A DNA stretch of 21,609 nt, taken from Octopus sinensis (taxonomy: Eukaryota). This document shows positions 9,701 through 19,744 of this stretch, piece by piece. Below the pieces are notes generated by a model. The model made no database searches and had not been told where the DNA came from. It saw nothing but the letters and a program-made list of their open reading frames with translations. A program made the translations under genes and the position numbers. Positions within the stretch are counted from its first letter, which is position 1, and every line of letters starts with the position of its first letter. The stretch is taken from contig NW_021823654.1 in assembly GCF_006345805.1 (NCBI RefSeq), positions 1-21,609 on the forward strand. The letters are read 5' to 3'.

Positions 9701-10210
9701 TTTATATATATATATATATGTATAACCTGTGGCGCAACCATTTTCTTAAGTTTTTACAAGGGTGGTTAAAGTTTCTTTTTTCTTTTTCTTTTTTGGTTTC
9801 GCACTTGTGAGTCTGAATGAAGGAACACAACCCATGACCCTTGCAAGTTTTCTGAGACAAGACAGTTTGATACCGTTAATGCACTTTTTAAGCCGTATCA
9901 GATTAACACTTGCAATAAGGACAGAAGACTCTGGAGGGATTATGTTGTGGGGTTGAAGGACTGGAAATAATGATTCGTGCAGGGCCTACGGGTTTGATGC
10001 AAGAAAAGTGCTATGCACGAATCTCTAGCCTTCTGTGTCTCTTTTGCTACTTCAGCCGACTCCAAAATTATGTGTATATATATATTCTTTGAACTTCAGA
10101 CGTTTCCGAAACTACACTGATTCTAGTCTTCATGACTGATGAAAGGTGTTCCACATTTGGTTCTCCTTTTCTGATTGATAATCGTTTCCATGTTCCATTT
10201 CCATTCTCAT

Positions 10211-10254
<44 letters not shown>

Positions 10255-10398
10255 CACATACATACACACGCACGCACACACACACAAACATATACGCACA
10301 TATGGAGCTGGCAATCGTCTTCCCAATCTAACCAAGAAAATTATGCGTCCATTGTCAATCAAACTGACCGCTTTAGCTGTGTCCTACTTCATACTTCC

Positions 10399-10660
10399 AC
10401 ATACATACATACATACACACACACATACATACATACATACATACATACACATACAAACATACATACATGCATGCATGCATGCATACATACATACATACAT
10501 ACATACATACATACATACATACATGCATGCATACATCTACATACATACATACACATACATACATACATACATACATACATACATACATACATACATACAT
10601 GCATGCATGCATACATACATACATACATACATACATGCATGCATACTTATATACATACAC
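10399..10660. repeat. (CATA)n array with CATG variants
   Basis: Direct reading. Confidence 0.95.
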
Positions 10661-10865
10661 TATTTAGCTACAAGCTACTAACTCTCCGTGGACATATAAA
10701 ATTTCTCAATCCTTCCCTGATGAATGTCTGAAGGCAAGAAACTAGTTTCAGCCCCTCTCTTCTGTCCAAACTAAGACACAAACCTGTTGTTAAATCACTT
10801 CGTGCGCACAGCAAGGTTAAAATCATGTTTTGTTTTGTTTTTATAACAGATAAAAAAACCCTTAC

Positions 10866-10907
10866 ATGACATGTTTCTTTATTTAGGAAGACGGGATGTT
10901 GGAAACT
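10866..10907 (-). other. Candidate 42-nt symmetric exon (SFQHPVFLNKETCH)
   Basis: Acceptor tttttttttcccccttttttacaag| and donor CAT|gtaagg; one open frame. Confidence 0.25.
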
Positions 10908-11039
10908 CTTGTAAAAAAGGGGGAAAAAAAAACACAAAAAACAAAGCTAAGAAAAAAATTTGACAAAAGATGAAATTCCAGGATTGTTAAGTTTAACAAT
11001 AGGAATTGCTGTGTGCATATTTGTGTAGCGTAAGAACTA

Positions 11040-11360
11040 GAGGCGGCGGGGGCGGTGGCGGTGGAGGTGGTTGATGGTGGTAGAGGCGGCGATGGAAATG
11101 GTGGTGGACGTGGTAGTAGTGGTGGTGGTGATGGGTGGTGGTGGTGGGAGAATTGGTTGTGGTGATGTTGAAGTTAGTATTTGACAGGGATACTCGGGGT
11201 GACAGTACTAGCAGAGATGACGCGATAGTTGAACTAGTGGTGGTGGTAGTAGTTGTAGTAGTAGTAGTAGTAGTAGTAGTAATAGTAGTAGTGGTAGTGG
11301 TAGCGGCGGCAGTAGTAATAGTAGTAGTAGCAGTAGTAGCAGTAGTAGCCGTGGCAGCAA
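11040..11360. repeat. Degenerate (GGT)n/(GTA)n trinucleotide array
   Basis: Direct reading. Confidence 0.9.
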
Positions 11361-11652
11361 CAGTGAGGATGGTACTTGTGAATTAAGGCAGAAGGCCGAG
11401 GCTACCGCAACAGGTTATTATTTAGCTCCAGGTCAGTTTTGATTTCATCAGACCCTTGACCAAAGATGTCCCAACAGTCACGATCTCACCCCTTTCTCTC
11501 TCTCTCTCTCTCTCTCCCTCTCTCAGTCTCTTTCTTTCAATTTACTCTCTCTTTCTCTCATCTAAGTTATCCCTCCTTTTCTTTTTTAAGACAATTGTGT
11601 AATTTGAAAGAGATTGGCTGCTATTTCTAGAATATAGACCAACTATGTAGAG

Positions 11653-11756
11653 CAGGTATGAGCAGCCTTTTTCGAGGAACCGGCCGCATTTGACGCGATT
11701 CATCATCAGGCGGGCAGCACTAACAAGTCCCGCGGGCCACAGTTTGACCGGGCCTA
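11653..11756. mobile_element. 104-bp hAT-like MITE
   Basis: 8-bp TSD atgtagag (11645-11652) / acgtagag (11757-11764). Degenerate TIRs caggtatgagcagc and gtttgaccgggccta; subterminal ccggccgca and gcgggccaca motifs. Confidence 0.6.
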
Positions 11757-12074
11757 ACGTAGAGTCTCTCATTGGTTCCGTAACGCAATGAATGGGTTTT
11801 AATTAGTACAGGTAGAAGTGGGAGTGGAAGTAATTAAGGTGAGTGACGGAGAGTGAGAATAAGTGAGAGAAAAGTAACCTTCATAGGGAAAAATATTTAA
11901 AAAGAGTGGGAAAGCAATGGTGATAGTTATAGGTGGTGACGGTGAAGGAGGAGCAATGAGGGTGACCGGATGTTTGAGTGAGTGAGTGAGTGAGTGAGTG
12001 TGTGGTGTTTGTGTGTGAGCGAGAGAGAGACAGACAGACAGACAGAGTGGGAGAGATAAAGAGAGATAAAAAGA

Positions 12075-12300
12075 GAAAAAAAACCGTCGTATATATATGT
12101 GTGTCTGTGTTTGTAGCCCCAACATCACTTGACAACCGATGCTGGTGTGTTTACTTCCTCGTAACTTAGCGGTTCAGCAAAAGATACCGATAGAATAAGT
12201 ACTAGGCTTACAAAGAATAAGTCCTGAGGGTCGATTCGCTCGACTAGAGGCGGTGCTCCAGCATGGCCGCAGTCCGAGTGAGTTAAGGTATTAAAAGTGA
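12075..12300 (+). mobile_element. SINE family A 3' half
   Basis: ccgtcgtatata...cttgacaaccgatgctgg...ggcggtgctccagcatggccgcagtc. Confidence 0.85.
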
Positions 12301-12680
12301 AGAGAGGCAAGAATTGAATAAAATGAGTGAAGGCGGTGAGTGAGAGAGAGAGAGAGAGAGCAAAAGACACAGATGAAGAGAGAGTGAGTGAATAAATTCG
12401 TGAATGAGTGATTGAGTGAAAGAGAAAGAGAAAGAGGAAGTGGGAGATAGATGTAGTGTGAGTGAGGATGTGATGGAAGTAGTGGAGGGGGAGAGATACG
12501 TGAGAGAAAGTGTGAGAGGAACTGGTTTGTGAGTGTAAGTGTGAGTGATGAATGAAAAATAAGGCGGGGGATAAGTGATCGAAAGGTTGACAGTGAGAGA
12601 GAGAGAGAGAGATGGAATAGAGTGAGAAGTGCTTTGTGAGGGTGAGGGTGAGAGTGAGTGTGAGTGTGAGAGATAGAAGC
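12300..12680. repeat. Purine-rich low-complexity (GA)n/(GAGT)n tract
   Basis: Direct reading. Confidence 0.8.
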
Positions 12681-12943
12681 GGGAGTAAAGTTTCCTTTAG
12701 AAAGTTGTTAAGATGGAGCGAAGCAGGCAAAGTATTATATTGGACACACAGACACAGAGAGCGACTGCCATCGTATGGACAACTTACTGGTGCTGCACAC
12801 ACGCAGACGGTCTCGCAAGGGCTCGTGCGTACGCACGCACACACACACACACACACACACATGGATAGATATAACTATATATATATATACATATATACAC
12901 ATGCATACATAAACACACACATATATATATATATGTAAACATG

Positions 12944-13162
12944 TTCTTTTACTGTTTTACTTGTTTCGGTCATTCGACTGCGGCCATGCTAGAGCACCGC
13001 CTTTTAGTCGAACAAATCGAGGATCCCCGAACTTACTGTTTGTTAACTTAGTACTTATTCTATCGGTATCTTTTGCTGAAGCGCTAAGTTACGGGGGACG
13101 TAAACACACCGGCATCGGTTGTCAAGCGATGGTGGGAAGACAAACACAGACACACACACACA

Positions 13163-13200
<38 letters not shown>

Positions 13201-13329
13201 TATATATATATATACACGACGGGCTTCTTTTCAGTTTCCGTCTACCAAATCCACTCACAAGGCTTTGGTTGGTCTGAGGCTATAGTAGAAGACACTTGCC
13301 CAAGGTGCCACGCAGTCGGACTGAACCCA
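12944..13329 (-). mobile_element. SINE family A, lacking about 45 nt of its head
   Basis: Colinear with 951-1310; ends at gactgaaccc. Confidence 0.9.
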
Positions 13330-13451
13330 TGTTTATATATATATTGGTGTGTGTGTACATATGTATATATATATATATATATATAATATATTCTTTTATA
13401 CGTTTCAGCCCTAAGGCTGTGGCCATGCTGGAGCATTGCCAATGATAAATA

Positions 13452-13484
<33 letters not shown>

Positions 13485-13546
13485 TTATAAATATGTATAT
13501 AGATAGATATTAATACGCTCGTTCTCACACATGCAAGCACACTTAC

Positions 13547-13623
13547 ACGATCTCTGTTTCGATTCCACAGTGGGGAGATCTTAGTCCAATGTATTTTAGC
13601 GCATTCCTGGGACTATACAAAAA
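13547..13623 (-). other. Candidate exon (77 nt; FLYSPRNALKYIGLRSPHCGIETEI)
   Basis: Acceptor aattttttcttctag| and donor CGT|gtaagt. An alternative acceptor gtatag| gives 66 nt, SQECAKIHWTKISPLWNRNRDR. Confidence 0.35.
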
Positions 13624-13789
13624 CTAGAAGAAAAAATTTTGGACAGAATCTATGTGGAATGGATTTTACTTGCAATTCAGTGGGTCACTTCTTGTTACAC
13701 TGTCGTCTGTCACTCAGTGGAATTTCTCAGCAACACATTTTCGCACGCCTACACTCTTGCAGTGCATGTACGCGCGCGCATGTGTGTGT

Positions 13790-14370
13790 GTATATCTGAG
13801 TATTTAAGCATATGTATGTATTTATGTATAATGTTGATGTATGTTTGCATATATATATTGTGTGTGTGTGTATGTATGTGTGTAGATACATACATACCTA
13901 CATGCATGCATACATACATACATGCATGCATACATACATACATGCATACATACATACATGCATGCATACATACATACATACATACATACATGCATACATA
14001 CATACATACATGCATACATACATACATACATGCATACATACATACATGCATGCATACATACATCATACATAATACATAACATACATACACTACATAATCC
14101 GTAATACATACATACATGCATACATGCATACATACATACATACATACATGCATACATCCGTACAACATACATACAGCATGCATGCATTACTACATACATA
14201 CATACATACATACATACATACATACATACATGCATACATGCATACATGCATACATACATACATACATACATACATACATACATGGATACACGCATACATA
14301 CATACATACATACATCCGTACATACATACATACATACATACATACATACATACGTACGCACATATATACA
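13790..14370. repeat. Long (CATA)n/(CATG) array with higher-order patterning
   Basis: Direct reading. Confidence 0.95.
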
Positions 14371-14924
14371 AACAAGAATACCCTGTTGTTGATGTTGAAA
14401 TTCCAATGAAGGAACCTTAGATCTAGGTTAGAAACCGGCTCTTTCTCTATTGACAAGAAATCTTGAAATAAAACTGAATAATGGTTATACGTACATAAAA
14501 ATACTCGCACATCGAAACATAAATAATTAACACACACACACATACAAAAACTGTTAATGTGCATACGTACATCGTACAAATAGCACACATTCACTCACAT
14601 ATGCGATCTCACACACACACATACACTCACGTATACATTCGCACACACACACACGCAAACACACCACACACACACACACACACACAACGTTTGTAAGTAG
14701 CGGAGAACACGGACAAGCATACACAACACTTAGCAAAATCTGCTAGTATGTTATCAAGCGCACACACATACAATCACACGCTTTCATACACATGCACACA
14801 CGCATTGATAAACACACACACACAACATACACACATGCACAAACGGACACACGTATACGCATACTCAAAAACAGTGATTAAAGCGGGTACACGCATTTAC
14901 TCATTTAATAAAAGCGAGAGAATC

Positions 14925-15080
14925 ATAGTTGGAAGCTCACTTCCCAACCACATGGTTCCGGGTTCAGTCCCACTGCGTGGGAGACCTCGGCCAAGTGCTT
15001 TCTGTTCTTGTCCTACCTAAGCCAACCAAAACCTTGCAAGTGGGTTTTGTTAAGAGAAACTGAGAGAAACCTATCATATA
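14925..15080 (+). mobile_element. SINE family A 5' fragment, diverged
   Basis: cttcccaaccacatggttccgggttcagtcccactgcgtgg. Confidence 0.8.
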
Positions 15081-15257
15081 CATGCACACACACACACACA
15101 CGCACAAAGCCCCCCCCCCTCACACACACACATGATGGATTCTCCCGTCGAAGATAGACGACGCGTGTGTTCAAGTTTGGCAGAACGACCTGCACAAATG
15201 ATTTCGTGCCTTCATTAATTCACTCCCTTCTGCCTGAACAGTTGCACGGTATACCAC

Positions 15258-15382
15258 GTGTATGGTGTCGAAGTGATCGCTGGGCAACGTCAGACGAAGT
15301 GTTTTAATCAAAAACGCAGGAATCAAGAATTGAAACCACGTCCTCGTGCTTGGGAGAGCAGCACTCTAACCACTAGGACATG
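15258..15382 (-). mobile_element. tRNA-derived SINE head fragment (family C-like)
   Basis: Reverse complement gcatgtcctagtggttagagtgctgc...gtggtttcaattc resembles the head at 20411. Confidence 0.55.
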
Positions 15383-15419
15383 CATTCTCGCATTTATTTT
15401 CCTCTCTCCGTTTTGTTTT

Positions 15420-15592
15420 TTTTTGTTTGCTTTTTTGTTCGTTCTCTATTTGTTTCGTTTCAATCGCTTCTATTGAAGAGCGTAGGCTCGAAACGTCAAA
15501 CACTTGTCCGTTCTTCCCGAGCGTCAAACTGATACACCTGCTTGATGTTCCCTCGCCTGTCTTCGTCTTTTTTGTTTTCTGTAAATTTGAAT
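15420..15592 (+). mobile_element. Penelope-like terminal-repeat fragment with hammerhead-like motif
   Basis: Homologous to 1660-1832 and 6177-6345. Confidence 0.6.
15466..15501 (+). ncRNA. Minimal type-I hammerhead ribozyme-like motif (variant core, GUC site)
   Basis: gctt-CTATTGA-a-GAGC gtag GCTC-GAAA-C-GTC-aaac; ACGT palindrome; stem I has one mismatch. Confidence 0.4.
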
Positions 15593-15613
15593 TATATATA
15601 TATGTATATATAA

Positions 15614-15646
<33 letters not shown>

Positions 15647-15666
15647 AACACACACATACACGCACA

Positions 15667-15960
15667 CATCGTTTCTGCTCATTATCCCTGGGAAGGTCGT
15701 GGGGATACAATCCTATTCTCAGGCACTTCCCCCACAGAGTCCTATCAGAAACAAACGTCATTAGATTTTCCGGCTGGATTCCCAAATTCGACTAACTGTG
15801 AATATGGATATTATCTAACTGCCATATTCTTGGTCAACCGCTAAGTCTACTGCCAGTTGGTTTGGCTTGAAGAATCCATCTTACCATTCTTTACAGCGAC
15901 ACTCTAATCACATGTCCGTAGTACTGGAACTGTCACTTCTCAATGCGGAGAAGTAGCGTC
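15667..15960 (-). mobile_element. RTE-clade LINE 3' fragment (dead ORF2 C-terminus)
   Basis: A single frame reads TLLLRIEK*QFQYYGHVIRVSL*RMVRWILQAKPTGSRLSG*PRIWQLDNIHIHS*SNLGIQPENLMTFVSDRTLW, matching the RTE pattern LLLRIE..QL..YGHV.RM...R......P.G.RP.GRPR.RW.D; 4 in-frame stops. Confidence 0.85.
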
Positions 15961-16111
15961 TGTTACCTATATAAAAGTACATACTGATGTAGAATCATAT
16001 ACATGGTCTTTGGATAGGGGCCATGCTAGTGCACCTCTTTATGGGTTTAGTCGAATTTATTGTCTCCAAGACTAGACTGGTACGTTTGTTAAACTGACAT
16101 TGTGTGTGTGT

Positions 16112-16153
<42 letters not shown>

Positions 16154-16288
16154 ATGTATGAGTGGTTGATGTATAGAGTTAATATGTCAACCAGAGATGA
16201 ATGCAAAAAAATATCGGTTTACCGGAAAGTTATTCAAAACCGATATACACAGTGCATTCATTCGTTCAGAAACACAAACAAATACATC

Positions 16289-16456
16289 TCATTTCCTTTT
16301 CTGAAGCACATCTGCCAGTTCTGGAATCACGTCATTGAAAACATCGCTACCAAGTGAAACATAGGCTATGTGGCGAAAGTATGCATCGGGGCATGGCAGC
16401 GACACTAATTTGTGTGCAAATGAAAAGCTCAAAATTCTTACTCTGAAAGTTAACAT
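16289..16456 (-). CDS. Candidate 55-codon ORF or terminal exon, unknown product
   Basis: Acceptor gatttcttttctctgtttag|G is immediately followed by ATG: MLTFRVRILSFSFAHKLVSLPCPDAYFRHIAYVSLGSDVFNDVIPELADVLQKRK*. Unique sequence; no recognised homology. Confidence 0.25.
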   Translation of the reverse strand: MLTFRVRILSFSFAHKLVSLPCPDAYFRHIAYVSLGSDVFNDVIPELADVLQKRK

Positions 16457-16550
16457 CCTAAACAGAGAAAAGAAATCCTCTCATTCTGTTTACGCACAAG
16501 AAAATTCATGCGACGAATTTTGAGAATTTTTAACTATAATCTAGTTGAAT

Positions 16551-16717
16551 AGCGCAGGAGTGGCTGTGTGGTAAGTAGCTTGTTTACCAACCACATGGTT
16601 CCGGGTTCAGTCCCACTGCGTGGCACCTTGGGCAAGTGGCTTCTACTATAGCCTCCGCCGACCATTGCCTTGTGACTGGATTTGGTAGACGGGAAACTGA
16701 AAGAAGCCCGTCGTATA

Positions 16718-16769
<52 letters not shown>

Positions 16770-16940
16770 TATGTGCGTTTGTGTGTCTGTGTTTATCCCC
16801 CCTAGCATTGCTTGACAACCGATGTTGGTGCGTTTATGTCCCCGTTACTTAGCGGGGAATAAGTCCCGGGATCGAGTTGCTCGATTAAAGGCGGTGCTCC
16901 AGCATGGCCGCAGTCAAATGACTGAAACAAGTAAAAGAGT
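16551..16940 (+). mobile_element. SINE family A, full-length, small 3' internal deletion
   Basis: Head agcgcaggagtggctgtgtgg, intact B-box-like ggttccgggttcagtccc, (TA)n at about 16712-16765, tail gtaaaagag. Confidence 0.92.
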
Positions 16941-17360
16941 ACCCAGATTGACAGGCACTTACAATCGGGACAATCACCACCCATAATCAAACCAATTTAA
17001 CATTTCTTTCCGATTCTTTTTTTGTTTTTAACTCGTTTGTACATCGCTTTTCTCTTCGTTTCTCCAATCTTTTGCGCTCTTTCGTACCTCTCCACCACTT
17101 TCCTGCGACTGGATGAGCATGAACAGCTGGATATGGATAAGATTAAAGTTCTGTTTCCTTCTAAGGGAGAGCCCATAAATAGGGCCGCCAAGAAAAATTA
17201 GGCAAGAACAAAATGATTTTCGATTCCTAGAAATTGGCAAAGAGTCTTCTGAAAATTCTTAAGTACTGTGAGATCTTTTTTGGCTAGTGTGGTGAGAGGA
17301 AGAGACCCGACAGATAGTCGCTAGTCCCGGCCCAATATATCGTTTGAACAATATATTGTT

Positions 17361-17590
17361 CGGTGAGATGACAGAAACGTTAGCACGCCGGACAAAATGC
17401 TTAGCGGCATTTCGTCTGTCTTTACGTTCCGAGTTCAAATTCCGCTGAGGTCGACTTTGTCTCTCATCCTTTCGGGGTCGATAAATTAAGTACCAGTTAC
17501 GCACTGGGGTCGATATAATCGACTTAATCCATCTGTCTGTCCTAGTTTGTCTCCTCTGTGTTTAGCCCCTTGTGGGTAGTAAAGAAATAG
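17361..17590 (+). mobile_element. SINE family B, full-length
   Basis: Colinear with the reverse complement of 2752-2985. Confidence 0.9.
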
Positions 17591-17765
17591 GTATTTCGTC
17601 TGTCTTTACGTTCTGAGTCCAAATTCCGTCGAGGTCGACTTTGCTTTTCATCCTTTTAGGGGTCGATGAATTAAGTACCAGTTGCGTAGTGCGGTCGATC
17701 TAATCGACAAGCCCCCCCCCTACTCTCCAAACATTTCCGGCCTTGTGCCTTGAGTAGAAAAGAAC
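17591..17765 (+). mobile_element. Tandem 5'-truncated SINE family B variant with a different 3' tail
   Basis: Repeats the core up to taatcgac, then diverges into a C-rich tail (ggccttgtgccttgagtagaaaag). Confidence 0.8.
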
Positions 17766-17879
17766 ATGTCGTTTGAACATACTCGATTCAGACCTTGCCT
17801 CCAACAACATTAAATATAAGAATCGTTTTCTATACTGAACAACGTTAAATGTAACTCGGTTCCCATTTGTATTCATTTT

Positions 17880-18066
17880 CAGTATGGCCTGACTGTGTGG
17901 TAAGAAGCTTACTTCCCAAACATGTGGTCTTGGGTTCAGTCCCACAGAGCGGTACCTTGGGCAAGAGTCTTCTACTATAGTCCCAGGCCGACCAAACAAA
18001 GCATGGTGGGTAGATTTAGTAGACAGAAGCTGAAAGAAATTCGTCATATGGTGTGTGTGGGTGTAT

Positions 18067-18104
<38 letters not shown>

Positions 18105-18209
18105 TATACACACAGACACAGAGAGAAATAGGTTAATTACCAGACCTTAAAATAAATAAGTGCTGGAGGCGCTTCTTATGGCTGCAGTCCAATAACTGAA
18201 ACAATTAAG

Positions 18210-18212
<3 letters not shown>
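17880..18212 (+). mobile_element. SINE family A, diverged, 3' half largely deleted
   Basis: Head ctgtgtggtaagaagcttacttccc, internal (TG)/(TA) tract, tail atggctgcagtccaataactgaaac. Confidence 0.8.
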
Positions 18213-18272
<60 letters not shown>

Positions 18273-18549
18273 AGGATATTTTATATATATATATTATATA
18301 ATATACATACATACATGCACGCACGCGCACACACACACCACAAACACATATTGTTGATACCCTAAGATAAATAAACTATTGAGAGACTGAAATAATTCTT
18401 TCTTTGAAAAATGGATCTCGAAGTAAACAAAGCTATAAATAATAGTTTGTAAATAATTGTACTGAAAAAATCCTTTTGGATAGATAGAAAAAGTCGAAGG
18501 CTCCACATGAGACACAAAACTACATTTCCTGTAGCTCATCTTAGGCGGC

Positions 18550-18550
<1 letters not shown>

Positions 18551-18641
<91 letters not shown>

Positions 18642-18742
18642 TTTATCTGGGATTTATTTAAGTTCTTCCACATGGAGGTCTCTAACAAAGTGACAAGACC
18701 TTTTGAATGTAAACAGTTCCGGGTGTTTGTAAATGTGTGGTT

Positions 18743-18773
<31 letters not shown>

Positions 18774-19106
18774 CGTGTGTGTGCATATATGTAGGTGTAC
18801 GCACCTGCAATTATGTTCTGTGTGAACATGTCTCTTTGGTGTGTGTGTGTGTGTGTCTGTGCGTGTGTTTGTCTGTGTGTTTGTTTGTGTGTGTGCCTGT
18901 GTGTGATTATTTTTTTACATATATATGTAGATATATATCCATGTACACACATACATATATCAGCACAGGCATATATACACATTACATATGTATATATATA
19001 TACACACACATATACACACACATATGAAGCTACATAAAGCGTTATACATGTACAGAAACGCACAAAAATATATAAATTTGTGTATGCGTGAGTGCATTTA
19101 CTCCTC

Positions 19107-19139
<33 letters not shown>

Positions 19140-19140
19140 A
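18551..19140. repeat. (TG)n/(CA)n/(TA)n microsatellite field
   Basis: Direct reading. Confidence 0.92.
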
Positions 19141-19522
19141 TCCGTTTCTCTGTTTAAGTTTTCACCTGTCAAACACTTAAGAAAAAAAATAGATACAATT
19201 TTGTTTACGTTAGACTCTCTCTCTCTTTCTCTCTCTCTCTTTCTCTCTCTCTCTCTGTCTGTCCCATTAACCAGCGGTTCAACAGCTAGAGATCGATAAA
19301 AATACGTACCAGACTGAAACAAGAACTTTTCGTATCGATATTGAATGATCGATTAACTTTCCTGGCCCACCTCATTTCCACACATTTCACACCTCGAAGT
19401 CCTCCAAATATTTTAAAACCAAACAAGAGAGAGAGAGAGAGAAAGAATGACAATTCACAAGAGAGCTGCGAGATTTTAACGAGCGAACACACAGACACAG
19501 CGATAGAAGCTCAGTCACTTAC

Positions 19523-19610
19523 GTAGATTAACGGTGACTGTTAACTGCTCTCTGCTTGCATGGCGAGAACAGGGTCAAAGAAAGAGGCTTCAATTTGAGC
19601 AAACAAATTG
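19523..19610 (-). other. Candidate non-coding (UTR or lncRNA) exon, 88 nt
   Basis: Acceptor tttttgtgtgttatttctag| and donor TAC|gtaagt; stops in all three frames. Confidence 0.35.
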
Positions 19611-19640
19611 CTAGAAATAACACACAAAAATCTCCGTCGG

Positions 19641-19739
19641 AACTTCAGGGATGGCCATAATTCGCGTTATCCATTTCTAATAATAATAATAACAATAATA
19701 AAGAAATGGGTAAAGCGACTTATGGCCATCCCTCAAGTT
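19641..19739. mobile_element. Foldback mini-MITE / 99-nt hairpin
   Basis: 38-bp arms (19641-19678 and 19702-19739) with 4 mismatches around a 23-nt (AAT)n spacer; cagggatggccataa resembles Tc1/mariner TIRs. Confidence 0.65.
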
Positions 19740-19744
19740 AGGTC

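Noticed and set aside
9745-9965. About 70-codon minus-strand open frame (VLQPHNIIPPESSVLIASVNLIRLKKC...)
   Set aside because: No recognisable motif, only moderate splice sites, and it ends in an A-rich low-complexity run.
10095-10150. ctgatga (+) and gaaacgtc (-) motifs
   Set aside because: They are on opposite strands and cannot be assembled into a consistent hammerhead fold.
16551-16625. tRNA-like sequences at SINE heads (also 1290-1361, 7894, 17361, 20411)
   Set aside because: A/B-box-like motifs are present, but there is no complete cloverleaf and each continues into SINE body sequence; not tRNA genes.
24-19322. Dozens of ORFs rich in HT/YI/CV/MY/poly-V/poly-H in the supplied track
   Set aside because: They are translations of di-, tri- and tetranucleotide microsatellites, which lack stops in several frames; there is no coding evidence.
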